A stretch of DNA of 61,248 bases, filler included, from Jimgerdemannia flammicorona (GCA_003990765.1; 2 parts of 2 records of this genome joined end to end with filler, not necessarily neighbours in it), one strand, 5' to 3'; shown: positions 27,001-40,993, counted from the whole stretch's first letter. Numbers and translations: made by a program. The notes: generated from the letters alone by a model not told the origin.

Positions 27001-29275
27001 AAGTAGAGTAGTGGTCTGTGGTTTGAGGATAGCATCTTAAATGCTGGCAAGGTCCATTCCTATAACTCCTTCAGTCTTGTATTCTAGAATCTTGGCTTTG
27101 GGATAAAACTTCTTGACCTTGAGGGTAATGTCTGGTTCTTGTTTCTCCTTATCATTACTATCAGCATGAAGCTCTGAGGGCTGGTCATCTTCTTCGACTT
27201 TCCTTTTTACTTCAGCAGCTTCTTGCTCATACTTCTGTTGACAGATTTTCCTGATTTCACTGATACAGAACCAGCAGTCATTCAGGTGTTCAGAGTAGTA
27301 CATCCTAGTACCATGGGGACATCTTTCTTGAGGAGTATAGCTATCGATGATCTTGTTATATCACTGCTCATCTGTGAGCTTGGATGTCTTGTTCTTATTC
27401 TTGTTCACCAAGTGTATGAAGACTTCTGTGTCCTCTTCATCTCCTTTCTCTATGTCTGGTAGAACTCCTTTGTGGACATTGATAGAGACTTGTATCTTTC
27501 TTTCTCTATAGTTGATTGGCATCTTCTGGGTATTGAGATCAATAATGACCTTGGCCTTATAAAGCCATTGATTGCTAATGAGAATATCATAGTTAGTGGT
27601 ACTTATAATAATCATATCTACTGAGATAGTAGCTCTTCTTATCTTGATGGGGACTTCTCGGATTTTGCCAAGGAGGGTAGCTTATATATTATCTTCTATA
27701 ATATAGACCATCTTAGTTGACTGTTCAATATCCTAGCCTAAGCAGTCAATTGTCTTCTTACTTATGAGATATCCTCCAGCACTAGTATCAATGATGGTAT
27801 CAAAAATACAATCTTTAACCTGACATGGAGTATAGGCTGATGTTTTGTACTGGTCTTCAGATTCTTTGCTTGAGTTTTCTTAATTATCTTCTTATGCATT
27901 ATAAGCTTCTATGATCTTGTATTCTTAGTTCTTGACAGTGGTTGTAAGTCCTACTCTCAACTGCTGTCTGAAGGCAGAGACTTCAGCTAGTTGTCCAAAA
28001 GTAGCATTGATCTTCTATTCCTTGAGATCCTTATAGATATCATACTGATGGATCTTGGTCTTGTGCAGCTTCTGTTCCTTTTTGCTTTCACTTTTTCCTA
28101 AGACTGGAGTAGTGCCTTCAATAATTTGGTGGACAGCTTCATCTAACTCCATATCTTGATCAATCTCCTCAGATTGGATCTTACTTTGGATAATAATAGC
28201 TAGAGTCTTCTTTGATCTTCCAACTGGCTTACTGTTATTCTTCTTATCATAGAGCTTAGACCAGATTCTAGTACCTTCAGTAATAGGGTAGAATTCAGGC
28301 TCCTTATAGTATTCTTCATCATCAGTATCACTAATCTCCTCAATGACTACTGCATTGGTTTTTTCTCTAGTTCTGATAGTATTACTTAATTGAGCTTTAT
28401 ATCTTGTTTTAGTTATACAACTCTTTGCATAGTGGCCTTCTTCTCTACATCTAAAGTATATAATATTGTATTCTTCTATAGTAGCTGCAAATCTCTATAC
28501 TAGTCTCCTGTTGACACTTTGGACTTCTCTAACAATATTACCAAGGTATGCAGTCATCTTGGCAAACTGCTTGGTGAATTCCTCCACTGGGTCAGCTTTG
28601 GCTACCTTGGAGATAGGTAGAGATAGTTGTCTGTTTACAACTATAGTAGGTATAATACTAGTTAGCTTTGATGGCTCCATCTTGATGCCAGTTATTTTCT
28701 CCATTGAGTATTTAGTGGGGTGTCTGGCAGTCCAATATCTCTATACAAAGATCACTTTCTGATCAAGAGTTAGAGCAGCTAAGGTAGACCAGATTGCTAG
28801 GGAAATTTCAGAGTGAACTTCTTTAAGGAAGGTTGAATCCACTATTTGTTCCTTAAGGTGGTCATCATAGCCAGCCAAGACAATCTGGTGGCAGATTTGG
28901 GTATAGAATAAGTTGGGATCTTCACTGAGTCCCTAACAGATAGTGTTGAGTTGATCCTTGATCTCTTCAATATAGTATATTGTTCTGAGGAAGATCTTTA
29001 TATTAGCAAGTCTGGCTGTACTAGTATCAGCAATGGTGGCTATATTGAACTTGTCTCTGACAGGTCCTCTAAGGCTAACTGATAGAAGAGTCAATTGTGC
29101 ATCCATATTAAGGGCTTATACAGTAGCAAATTGTTCAAAGTCTTCAATAAAGGTCAGGATTGACTCTTCAGTAGTATATATATCTATAGAATGTAGGGGG
29201 ATATATTTCTATCTTGTTTTGAATTCTTGCAGGGGTGACTCTTGTAGTCAGGTAGTTGTTATAGTAGTTGTTCAT
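24040..29275 (-). pseudogene. Family B gag-pol relic
   Basis: ATG at 29275. Knuckle relic YFRCREEGHYAKSC ~28440, PR, CPHG module ~27320, dUTPase ~27075-26710, RT 26400-25700, RNase H, integrase with GPF-type end ~24150. Confidence 0.9.
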
Positions 29276-29331
29276 TTTTCAGCTTGAAAGTGAGGGATTC
29301 ATCTTGAATCACCAGCCAATAGGTACCAAGT

Positions 29332-30579
29332 TGTCACATAGTGGTTGCTGAGTTCTTCAAATATGTCAGATTCTCTTCAAGGTATATCTCTTAGACTAAT
29401 TCAAGTTTGTTATAAGCAAGTTCTTATTGGAATACCTTCTCAAGGTCTTATAGTCTTCAAACTTCTTATCTTTAAACTGTCTTGTTATCTCTTTAGATTG
29501 CTTGCAAGGAATTGTATATATTGAACTAGAACTGAAACTGACTTTATTTCAAAGGAAATAAGAGAGGTATTTATACAAAATATAATTAGTTGCTAAGATA
29601 TAAAGCTAAATATAAATTCCAATAACCAAATAAAATACTGGAACACAGAAAACTATAGTTATTAGTATAGATTCCAATATTGGTACAGATGGTTGCACAA
29701 GTTCAGAGTGCTGGTAGAATTTAGTAGTATAGGAAAAAGATGCTGGAAGAATTCTAAGTTATGCAGAATCAGAATGTCAGTGGAAGAATTAACTATTATA
29801 TAGGAAAAAGATGCTGACAGAATTTGATATAACTAAGAACTTTAAAGCAAAATATTCAAGACTATGGGGGCTTCATCCTCATCATTGCTGAAGGAGATAA
29901 GATCTGTGAATATTTCATTTATCTTATCATATAGGTCATGTGTTTTGCATATATCATGTGGAATGATATTATCACTGATAATATTATTACATTCAGCAGT
30001 AGGGGCTCTCTAATCTATGACATTCTCTTCTACAAAATAAGGAACAAATATGGGGTCTTGGGGAGGTCTAACCTAGATGCTAAAGCCTTAGAATACTGAG
30101 ATCAATCCTTGTAGAAACTGATCTAGGTTGTCCTGGAGGATGAGATATCAGAACATTTCTATCTCATCACTATTGAGGGTGATAGTGGACTAGACCTCTG
30201 TAGCTATCATGGCTTCTAGTATATTGATATGATGGGCTAACAGATCTCTGAAGTCTGAGATTCTGATATACTTCAAGTTGGAGATTGACTATAGTATATA
30301 TCTGAAGATCTGATGAATCTTCTTAACTATTCTTATTTCACATATATCTATGAGAGTAGTATCTTGTAGCTCTTGAGGGCTGGCTTGAGGGAATTCCTAG
30401 CAGAGGAGGTTTCCTATTTCATATTCTTACCACATCTGGAGACATTCAGTAGCAATGGTGATTCTTGTCTCCATCTCATAGCAGTAGAGAATATAATGAT
30501 AAGAGTCACCAGTACCTAGGTTGACACTAGGAGTCCTTGTGGAGTGGGTCCTTATGGCTCTTTAGATGTCTTTTTTTTT
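29332..30579 (-). repeat. Family B 5' LTR (partial)
   Basis: Ends ...tgtgaca, followed by act and TGGTACCTATTGGCTGG (PBS). Homologous to 22099-23345. Confidence 0.88.
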
Positions 30580-30679
30580 NNNNNNNNNNNNNNNNNNNNN
30601 NNNNNNNNNNNNNNNNNNNNNNNTTAATTAATTAANNNNNNNNNNNNNNNNNNNNNNNNNNNNNNNNNNNNNNNNNNNN
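30580..30679. other. Assembly gap: 44 N + TTAATTAATTAA + 44 N
   Basis: Exactly 100 bp with a palindromic six-frame-stop linker. Contiguity across it is not established. Confidence 0.97.
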
Positions 30680-32817
30680 CTGATCAAATGGCGACCATAT
30701 CTAGAAGGAGCACACTTCACTGTATTGACTGACCACAAGTCATTAGTCAACATCAAGACACAGGCTACTCTTTCTCGAAAGCAAGCTAGATGGATGAAAG
30801 TCCTCACCAACTTTGACTACGAAATTCAGTACTGCCCTGGCAAGGAAAATATTATTGCCGATGCAATCTCCAGACCACCAATCGAAGAGGTTATCCAAAC
30901 TCTGACTTTGGTTACCAATACTATCATGGAACAAATCATCACAGCATGTGTTGATGATAAAGAAGCATAAGCACTCCGAGAAATCCTGAACAATGATGAT
31001 ACTGACAAGCATACCCGGTACAATCAATACCAACTCAAGGACAATGCTATCTACTATAAGGACAGACTGTATGTCCCAAACAACTGAGACCTCCAAAGGA
31101 CTATCCTATTCGAATGTCATGATGCCCCTACAGCTGGACATTTAGGATTTGATAAATGTTACAAAGTTATCTCCCGAAACTTCTATTGGCCCCACATGGC
31201 AGATCAGCTCAAAACTTACATCACTTCCTGTGATGCCTGCCAACGAAACAAGTCCTCAACACTAGCAAAGCCCGGCTTACTTCACCCTATCCCAGTACCA
31301 TCTGCAAATTGGGAATAAATCTCTATGGACTTCATTGTACAACTACCAAGAACCAAGAATGGAAAAGATGCAATTGTTGTCTTTGTGGACTATCTCAGTA
31401 AACAAGCCCACTTTGTACCTACTACCACTACTGCAACAGCACCAGACATAGCCACACTCTTGTTTGACAACATCTTCCACTATCATTGTCTTTCTAAGAT
31501 CATTGTTAGTGACCGAGATCTGAAATTCACCAGCCACTTTTGGAAAGCCCTCCATGCACACCTTGGAACAAAACTTGCACTATCCACAGCCTTTCACCCT
31601 GAAACCGATGGCCAAACCGAAAGAATGAACCGAACTCTGGAACAAATGCTAAGGAACTATGTCTCCTACAGACAAGATGATTGGCATGAACATCTCACCG
31701 CAGTCGAGTTTGCCTATAACAACAGCAAGCAAGCCTCTCTTGGAATGACCCCATTCTTCACCAACACTGGACAAAATCCAAACACCCCTTTGACACTTAT
31801 CCGAACCACTGAAGAACCCTCCACAGTTGAAGCTGTTGAAGAATTCCTACTCTGAATATGCAATCTAAGCCAGATCGCAATTGAGAATTTATCATGAGCT
31901 CAAGAACAACAGTCACAGTATGTTAACCAACACCGCCAAGAAGAAACCTTTGATATTGGAGAAAAAGTTCTACTAGACATCAGAGGATACCGAGTTGACA
32001 ACCTCAAACACAGACCATCTACAAAGCTGAACAGCAAATTCATTGGACCATTTGAAGTCATCGCACAAGTCTCTCCAACCTCCTACAAACTGGCACTACT
32101 GGACACCATTAAGATTCACCCAGTCTTTAATGTTCAACGTCTCAAGCGATATAATGATAATGACGACGAGCTATTTCCAAATCGGACCACCAAACCACCT
32201 GCACCTGTCATCATAAATGACCAAGAAGAATACGAAGTTGAACAAATCCTCAACAAACGTGGCAACAAGAACCATCCTGAGTATCTTGTCAAATGGAAAG
32301 GTTACCCGATCCACGATGCAACCTGGGAACCCAAGACCAATCTTCAGAATGCTACCAACCTAGTTCAGGAATATGATTCCTTGAACAACTAGAACCAAAT
32401 ACTCTGCACCTATCCATACATACTATATATTACCCTCCTGAACATTATAACTATTACAAACCAAATCAAGAACTCAGCAAAATAAGACAAGAATACCAAC
32501 CCTCTGGAAAAAATAGCAAAACTGAAAGCAAGCCTATTCTCCCCATACCACTGATGGGAAATGAGGCGTAGATATTTAAGAAGATTCCTTAGAGGAAATT
32601 CTCCAGCAGTGAATGATGTCAGAATCACTTCCGGTACATGGCATTGAACACACGACCCTTTAACGTATGAATCCAACGTGTTAGGCAACTGTACTATGAG
32701 CATGCCACTTTCTGAGAAAATGAACCTTACTAGGCTTTTGACCTCCCAAATGGTGTAACAATACTAGAATAAATTAGAAGGCCCGACGAGGATGTCGAAA
32801 GCTAAGAAGGGGAGAGT

Positions 32818-34881
32818 TGTAAGTGTATAACCTCCAAGCCACCGAAATTACATGTCACCCTCTGAACAAAGCCACTGAAATCACACGCGACCTCTGAACA
32901 AATCTGGAAATCACCTGCTTGATCACGAAGCTGAGTCAAACCGAAGTCACAGTGCACAAAGCTGAGTCAATACGAAGTCACGAAACACAAGATCTACACA
33001 AACAGAACCTTACCAATCAGGACCAAATACATATATACTGAGCACCGAGACGCGTCGAATCAGAGAACCAAAACAAATAACAACCACAACTTTCAAACAC
33101 ACAAACATGACCACTGAGATCTACAACCGCATCCGCGCTGATATTTGGAATGCCATTGTCAACCGAGCCACACCCCCTCTGTCCCTCATGAATATCCATA
33201 GCCTGGCACCCCTCTACTTCGTGGAAGCCCGATGGAATGCCCTGAACATGCTTAGCGAGGCCCACTGAATCAGACAAATCTCAAGCTACTACCAGATTGG
33301 CTGCCTCCTGGAAGACATGGTCGAACACCACCATGATACAGACATTACCCAGATGTCTCAACACCAGAAGCTCATCGCCCGCAAACATCGAGAACTCTTC
33401 TATGAGTATAGCACCTTTATTCCCTGCCTCCGAGTTACTACCAGCGAAATGGTTGCTACCCTGTCCTATGGCCAAATCGATAACATGATACAAGAAATCA
33501 ACCACAAGTACCTCGAATATGTCCAGACCACAGACAGAACCTTCCCGCACCCTGACGACCACATCCTGCAAATGCCTCAAGTTGGATATACCATGAAGGA
33601 TGTCTACAATATAATCCACTTCGACGAAGATGAAGTAGAAGACAATGATCCCTCTGACGCTGACATGACCTCTAGCCAAAGATCTCTGCCAACCCTGATC
33701 ACACTGCCAAACTTACCGATGAACCTACAACAGTTCATAACTACATATGAAACTTATTGGGACAATGACCACTAGCATGAATATCAACCCGCGTTCACCT
33801 CCGACTATTTCAACTACAATGAGGAGACTGGAGAATACAACCTGTACCTCCAGACAACCCTCGAGATCGAACCAACTATACCACCACCTGAGTACGAGCG
33901 ACATGAACCACAGCCGCCAGCTTATTACAATTCTGCAACTCATAGTGCTGTAACCTATAGAAGGTACGCAGACAGTGAATCTGACGAAAGCGAAGACAAT
34001 ATACCCATCCTTCATCCACCAACATCTTATCCAGCCTACGAGACAGACGATGCTATCCTGTGGGATGGAGATGAAGTCCCAATGTATTACTACCTCAGCC
34101 AATAAGAAGAAGTAATCCGCGAACCACTCTTTCTAGACAACTACTTCATCAGAGATGATGCAATCGATGGTGATATCATTGAAGACTACCCAGATAGTGC
34201 CTAAACCTATAAATAGTCTAGCAGTCATAGTATAGATAGATTAGCCTTGTATGACATGACTGTGAACTGACTCAGCAGTCAGACGATCTCTTGACATGTC
34301 AGATCACACTTATACTACATGACTGCATTCCGACTCAGCAAGGCACTTAGTGCTACATCCATATCTAGTATAGTCCAGATAGCCCCTCACTAGTATAAAT
34401 ACCCCCTCCCCCAGATCTCAGAATCTCAGACTTGAACAATCCGAACACAACTCCTGAGCACTTCCCCACAATACCTCTTCACACAAATACTCCTAGTATA
34501 GCAATATCATGAATAGCAAATAAACCTATTCTATAACCCACAAACCACTCTTAAGTAAATCTGCTCCCTGTTAGGTCCCACTCCTAACCCTATCACGAAA
34601 TTTCCTAATTGGGTATTGTCTGCAGTGATACGCCAATTCAACTAAGCTGGTCTTAGTTTCTTGAACTTCCTGAAATACGGAAAATCCTGAACATCCAGAA
34701 CTAGTCCGAAAAAGGACTTTGGTTGAGATGTCAACCCGATCTTGAAATCAATAAGCATAGAGGACGTACTCTATATGAAATTGATCTTGACCATAAGAAA
34801 ACAGTCTTCCAGAATACCCAGAACTTCCAGAAAACCTTCTAGAACTATGTAACGGCTACCCTAAAAAGTAACCCTCTTACA
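32818..34881 (+). repeat. Family A 3' LTR (2064 bp)
   Basis: TG...CA termini, preceded by PPT aagaaggggagagt. Near-identical to 43894-45967. Confidence 0.95.
33107..34204 (+). pseudogene. Family A LTR(U3)-encoded ORF, copy 1 (365 codons, internal stops)
   Basis: ATG at 33107 to TAA at 34202-34204, same length and frame as the other copies. Reads CGA where the other copies have TGA after PPPEYE. Confidence 0.8.
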
Positions 34882-34959
34882 TCTATCTAGATCAATTAAT
34901 TAAATAAGTTCTGAAGATTATAAAGAAGTAGGAGATGATATTAATACTATACTATATGA
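34882..34959 (+). pseudogene. hAT transposase relic, fragment 1
   Basis: Joins in frame with 49712 onward once element C1 and one ATGA copy are removed (DDINTILYEYIFNKRQKLIINPEQEIDAYL). Confidence 0.6.
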
Positions 34960-37900
34960 TATGATGGTTGATCTGAATTAGTATGAATCAGAGGAATAAG
35001 ATATTTGATCATAGTATCTGAATCTGATTCCCAAATATAGTATAGCTCAGATAGCAGTCATTTCACAAATGTTAAAGTTTTCACAAATATTAAACTATTC
35101 ATAGATATTAAACTCTTTGATGATTGTCAAAGATTTAACAGATATCAAAGATTTAATACTTGTGAAAGAAATGACTCATAGGAAACATAGTCATAACTTA
35201 GCCATCTTATAGCTAGTGAAACTTGTATAAATAACCCAGTATCTTAGAGTGAATAAAGCCTCAGATCGAAATAGTTCAAAGCAAAGAGATAGCAAGAAAC
35301 TAGTAAGCCTGCAAGCAGATACACTTTGAACTCACCCACTTCTATAACTCCAAAGACTCTGCAAGAGTCAGAACAGTTAAGTATTCAAGATACAGAAGTT
35401 TAACTTACTTTCAAAAGTAAGTATCCACTACATTATAACTTGGTACCTATTGGCTGGTGATTCAAGACAAATCTCTCACTTTTAAGCTGAATAATGAACA
35501 ACTGCCACTACCCAAACAACTATACAAACTGAGCCCCAATACCCAGACAAGATAGATATAAGATCACCAGTATTTTATAGATATATCTCAGATGAATCAA
35601 TCATCACCTTCATTGATGATTTCGAGCATTACACTGCTGTAAGGACCCTGACAGCAGTACAGAAAGTAGCCCTTATGCTCTTTAGCCTATGAGGCCCTGC
35701 AAGAGCAGCATTCATAGCTGCAAACTATGTGAAAAATGATGCCATTGTTACACTGATAGTACAGAAGACCTGGCTTTGAACTACTTACTACATAGATGAA
35801 ATTAAGTAAGCTCTAAAGAATCAGCTCAACACAATATACCAAGGAATGAGTGAAGATCTAAACACATTCTACATAAGAATCTGATACTAGATAATCCTTG
35901 CAGATTATACTAATGCTATCTGAGACCAAGTAGTAGAAGCAACCTTTATAAAAGGAGTCTACCCAGAGATAGCCATGGCTATCTGCTTATTACCAGTAAT
36001 TCTAGATCTGCCACAGAAGGTCACCTATGCTCAGTGATACTAGATAGCCAGACACCCACAAGACCATATGATGGAGAGGGTTACAGGAGTCAGAATCGAA
36101 GTACCCAAGACAATTAGTGTGATCCCTATCATAATGATCAATTGAAACACACCTCAGCCAAAAGCTATAGAGCAGCAAAAGAACAGTGACCCTTTGGAGG
36201 AACTTACTAAGAGGTTTGTAGAAATGACTGCCCACCTGGGAGATATAGTAAAGGAGATCAGAGGAAGAGACCACCACCTTGTTCAGAAGTTTGCTGCCAC
36301 CTCAGACAGAAAGAAAGGTACTTATTATACCTGTGGAGAAGAAGGCCACTACTCTTATAAATGCATGAGTGAAACCAAGCACAAGGTCCAACCAAGTAAT
36401 GCTATTAGAAACAAGGAGTAGACCAACATAATTATCTTCAAAGAAATTGGAGATTCTGATAAAGAAGAATGGGAGGCCTATCCTGCCCAGACCTCTAAGA
36501 AGGATGTTCGCAAGGAACCCTACAAGAGACTGCCAGGAAGACCCAAGAAGAACTCAGTGGAAAAGCAGATGAAAACTGCCACAGAAAGCCAAGTTGAAGA
36601 GATAGACCAAGATATGGAGCTAGAGTAAGTAGTTCAAAATATTATCTGAGAAACCACTCTAGCCAGCAAAGGAGAAAAAGAAAAGAAACTTCACAAGACT
36701 AAGACCTTCAAGTATGATATCTTCAAGGATCTTAGCCAATAAAAGGTCAATAAAACTTTTGGTCAGCTCGCAGAAATCCCAACATTCAGACAGCAAATGA
36801 GGTTTGGACTCACCGAAACAACCAAGAAGCAAGGATGGAAGATAACCAAGGCCAATAACATTCAAGAGGACTCAGGAGAAGAAAGTGAAGACAATTGTAA
36901 AACCTCTGTCTATGCAATATGCCAAATCAAAGATAGAATCTTTGAAGCCATCATTGATACTGGAGCAGAAGGATATCTTCTCAGTAAGAAGGCAGCAGAC
37001 TGCCTAGGTTGGGAGATTGAAGAAGCAACCAAGTTGGTGTTCATCACAACAGATAGTACAAGAGCCACCCCTCTGGGAAAGATCTGAGATATCTCCATCA
37101 AGATTGGAGGAGTAATCATTCCAGTAGATATAATCGTAACTAATGCTACCAACTATGATATCCTTATTGGCAATCAATGGCTTCACAAAGCCAGAGCAGT
37201 AATCAAGCTCAATGCTCAGAAGATGCAAATTACCTATTGGGGACAGAAGATACAAATTTCCATCAATGTCAATAAAGGAGTCTTGCCTGATATAGAGTAA
37301 GAAGAGAGTGAGCAAGAGGAAGCTTATATAGTGACTACTCCGAAGAAGAAAGTAGAATGGATGAGTGAAGAAGAATAGTATAAGAAGATCACAGAAAGCT
37401 ACACACCACAAGGAGTCTGTCCTCATGGGACCAAGATGTACTGTATGGAGTATGTTAATAATTGCTACCAGTGCACCATCAGAATCAAGAAGATCCACCA
37501 GGAAAGAAGACAGAAAGCTCTTGAAAAATAGGTCAGAGAAGAGAAGGAGGAGGAAGATAATGAACCACCAGCCCTCCTGGAGGATAGTGATGATGAAGAA
37601 GAAATCAAGGTCAAGATTTAAAGGACCCACCCTGATATAGTCTTACCAGAATATAAGTTGGAAAATGCAGCTGGAATGGACATCACCACAGTAGAAGAAG
37701 TCATAATAGAACTCCAGACAACCACCCTACTTGCAACTGGACTAGAGATGACTATCTCAAAGGATCATGTCAGAATCCTCAAGACAAGAAGCAGCCTGGC
37801 CAGAAGTGAAATTACTATTGAAGGAGGAGTCATTGATTCTGACTATACTGGAGAAATTCTGCTCATTGCTAGAAATCACAACCCTACAATTCCATTCCCA

Positions 37901-38247
37901 GTCAAGAAGAAGGACTGATTGGCACAGATGCTGATCTTTCTGATCCTATAACCAAGGATGTAAGCGCACAACCTCTAAGCCACCGAAAATACACGTCACC
38001 CTCTGAACAAAGCCACTGAAATTACACGTGACCTCTGAACAAATCTGGAAATCACCTGCTTGATCACAAAGCTGAGTCAAACCGAAGTCACAGCGCACAA
38101 AGCTGAGTCAATACGAAGTCATGGAACACAAGATCTACATAAACGGAACCTTACCAATCAGGACCAAATGCATATATACCAAGCACCAAGACACATCGAA
38201 TCAGAGAACCAAAACAAACAATAACCACAACTTCCAAACACACAAAT

Positions 38248-39345
38248 ATGACTACTGAGATCTACAACCGCATCCGCGCTGACATTTGGAATGCCATTGT
38301 CAACCGAGCCACACCCCCTCTGCCCCTCATGAATATTCATAGCCTGGCACCCCTCTACTTCGTGGAAGCCCGATGGAACGCCCTGAACATGCTTAGCGAG
38401 GCCCACTGAATCGGACAAATCTCAAGCTACTACCAGATCGGCTGCCTCCTGGAAGATATGGTCAAATACCACCACAATACAGACATTACCCAGATGTCTC
38501 AACACCAGAAGCTCATCGCCCGCAAATATCGAGAACTCTTCTATGAGTACAACACCTTTATCCCCTGCCTCTGAGTTACTACCAGCGAAATGGTTGCTAC
38601 CCTGTCCTATGGCCAAATCGATGACATGATACAAGAACTCAACCACAAGTACCTCGAGTATGTCGAAATCACAGACAGAACCTTCCCATATCCTGATGAC
38701 CACATCCTGCAAATGCCTCAAGTCGGATACACCATGAAGGACATCTACGATATAATCCACTTCGACGAAGATGAAGCAGAAGACAATGATCCCTCTGATG
38801 CTGACATGACCTCTAGCCAAGGATCTCTGCCAACCCTGATCACTCCACCAACCTTGCCGATGAACTTACAACAGTTCATAACTACATACAAGACTTATTG
38901 GGACAATGACCACTGGCACGAATACCAACCCGCGTTCACCCCTGACTACTTCAACTATAATGAAGAGACCGGAGAACACAACCTATACCTCCAAACAACC
39001 CTAGAGATCGAACCAACAACCCCACCACCTGAGTATGAGTGACTCGAACCACAGCCGCCAGCTTACTACAACCCCACGACTCATAGTGCTGTAACTTATA
39101 GAAGGTATGCAGACAGCGAATCCGATGAAAGCGAAGACAATACACCCATCCTTCACTCACCAATACCTTATCCAGCATATAAAACAGACGATGCTATCCT
39201 GTGGGATGGAGATGAAGTCCCAATGTATTACTACCTCAGCCAACAAGGAGAAGTTATTCGCGAACCACTCTTCCTAGACGACTACTTTATCAGAGATGAT
39301 GCAATCGATGGTGATGTCATCGAAGACTACCCAGATAGTGCCTAA
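38248..39345 (+). pseudogene. Family A LTR(U3)-encoded ORF, copy 2 (5' LTR)
   Basis: 365 codons. Three TGA stops, each at a position that is CGA in at least one other copy. Confidence 0.8.
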
Positions 39346-40035
39346 ACCTATAATTAGTCTAGCAGTCATAGTATAGATAGATTAGCCTTGTACGACATGA
39401 CTGTGAACTGACTCAGCAGTCAGACGATCTCTTGATATGTCAGATCACACTTGTACTACGTGACTGCATTCCGACTCAGCAAGGCACTTAGTGCTACATC
39501 CATATCTAGTATAGTCCAGATAGCCCCTCACTAGTATAAATACCCCCTCCCCCAGATCTCAGAATCTCAGACTTGAACAGATTTGAACAATCCGAACACA
39601 ACTCCTGAGCACTTCCCCACAATATCCCTTTACACAAATACTCCTAGTATAGCAATATCATGAATAGCAAATAAACCTATTCCATAACCCACAAACCACT
39701 CTTAAGTAAATATGTTCCCTGTTAGGTCCTACTCCTAACTCTATCACGAAATTTCCTAATTGGGTATTGTCTGCAGCGATATGCCAATTCAACTAAGCTG
39801 GTCTTAGTTTCTTGAACTTCCTGAAATACGGAAAATCCTGAACATCCAGAACTAGTCCGCAAAAGGACTTTGGTTGAGACGTCAACCCAATCTTGAAATC
39901 AATAAGCGTAGAGGACATACTCCATACGAAATTGATCTTGACCATAAGAAAACGGTCTTCCAGAACATCTAGAATATCCAGAAAACCTTCTAGAACTACG
40001 TAACGGCTACCCTAAAAAGTAACCCTCTTATAACT

Positions 40036-40047
40036 TGGTAGCAGCGA
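40036..40047 (+). promoter_or_regulatory. Primer-binding site, probably initiator tRNA-Met
   Basis: TGGTAGCAGCGA lies 3 nt after the LTR. It implies a tRNA with A1:U72 and A73, the eukaryotic iMet signature (inference). Confidence 0.7.
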
Positions 40048-40993
40048 TTTACAATCCAATTCCGCTTTAAGACGCTTCCTCACCCCGCTACAAACCCCTC
40101 TGCGAATTCCTACAAGTTGGTATAAAGCCCAACCTCTGAACTGGAATTTATCTGAACAATCGGACAATCTGGAGAGAATTGAACCTGATGTACAAGGACA
40201 ATTTGACCTCCACATCTGCAACAAGTGGGATAAACTTCATTCAAAGAAAGAAGTACTCAAGTTAAATCAGCAAATAGGCGAAACCCTATTCATCGAACTC
40301 CTTGCACTACACCCAGCAAGTCAAGATGAAGAAGGTCTTATTGAAGTCTTCTTTACTCTTCTCAACAAGAGTTTTGTCAGCTCCACAAATCCGAGCAACC
40401 TAGGACAACCAGCAGCAGTCTTTCTAGCCTTAGTTTCTCACGAAGCCCAAGCCTCTGTAGCCAAGTGGCTCAACTCTACCAACTTTCACCGCACCAGGAC
40501 CAAGACTGCATTATACTACTGATTCCAGAACAGCAAGGCCCGCCATATTCTTAAGGAAGAAGCAAGAGAAATCCTTCATCAACTACCTAACCCCGAACCT
40601 GAAGCAGGCCCTACTACAGCCCTACCTGAATCTGAAACCAACACCGAACCTGAACTTGACTTTGAATTAAGTCCATCTGAAATCAGATATACAACTGATT
40701 CTGTCTACTTTGACGCTGAGCAAACCCAATTACACAGGGACCAAACCGAAGAAGAGGAGGAGTATCTCACCGAATTCGATCCCGGATACACCACCGAAGG
40801 AGACATACATCCATCAGGATAGAATACACCTACACAGCAACAAACAGCTATCTATCAAGCTCTCACTCCAGATCCACAACTACTACTCCAGCAACTTACA
40901 TAGACCCAAAGAACCCCATCACACTCTGCACCAGTACCTCAAGTAGTACCAGTAATACCACTACCAGCAGTCCAACTGTCTCCAGTAAACAAC

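Larger units (their letters stand above)
22099..30579 (-). mobile_element. Gypsy family B element: gag-ZnK-PR-dUTPase-RT-RH-IN, no chromodomain; 5' LTR cut by the gap
   Basis: LTRs at 22099-23673 and 29332->30579, PBS 29328-29312, PPT ending at 23674. IIDT ~27790, GRVIDSDYTGEI ~26900, VYIDD ~26020, MDIIGPL at 24849. Confidence 0.93.
30680..34881 (+). mobile_element. Gypsy family A, autonomous-type 3' half: RNase H end, integrase, chromodomain, PPT, 3' LTR
   Basis: TDHKSL...RKQARW; CHDAPTAGH...CDACQRNK; MDFIVQLP...IVSDRD...HPETDGQTERMN; KFIGPFEV; EYEVEQIL...YLVKWKGYPIHDATWEP; TAG at 32390-32392. LTR 32818-34881. Confidence 0.95.

Noticed and set aside
30624..30635. TTAATTAATTAA palindrome and the ORF running into Ns
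   Set aside because: Artificial linker centred in a 100-bp scaffold gap.
33017..33679. Minus-strand ORFs recurring in each A LTR (MARGHVSVRG..., MSDSVGLAKH...)
   Set aside because: Antisense shadows of the U3 ORF; they recur only because the LTR is repeated.
35059..35160. Short periodic repeats in family C LTRs (tttcacaaatgttaaa) and in the MITE, superficially CRISPR-like
   Set aside because: No unique spacers, no cas genes, eukaryotic TE context.
35441..35457. Assigning a specific tRNA to the family B/C PBS
   Set aside because: The copies differ (tggtacctatt vs tagtgcccatt) because of hypermutation; identification needs the host tRNA set.
37954..37958. Family A inserted into another element's dUTPase twice (19034 and 37958), suggesting targeting
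   Set aside because: The other two A insertions hit an RNase H and a hAT relic and the target sequences differ; two of four is compatible with chance.
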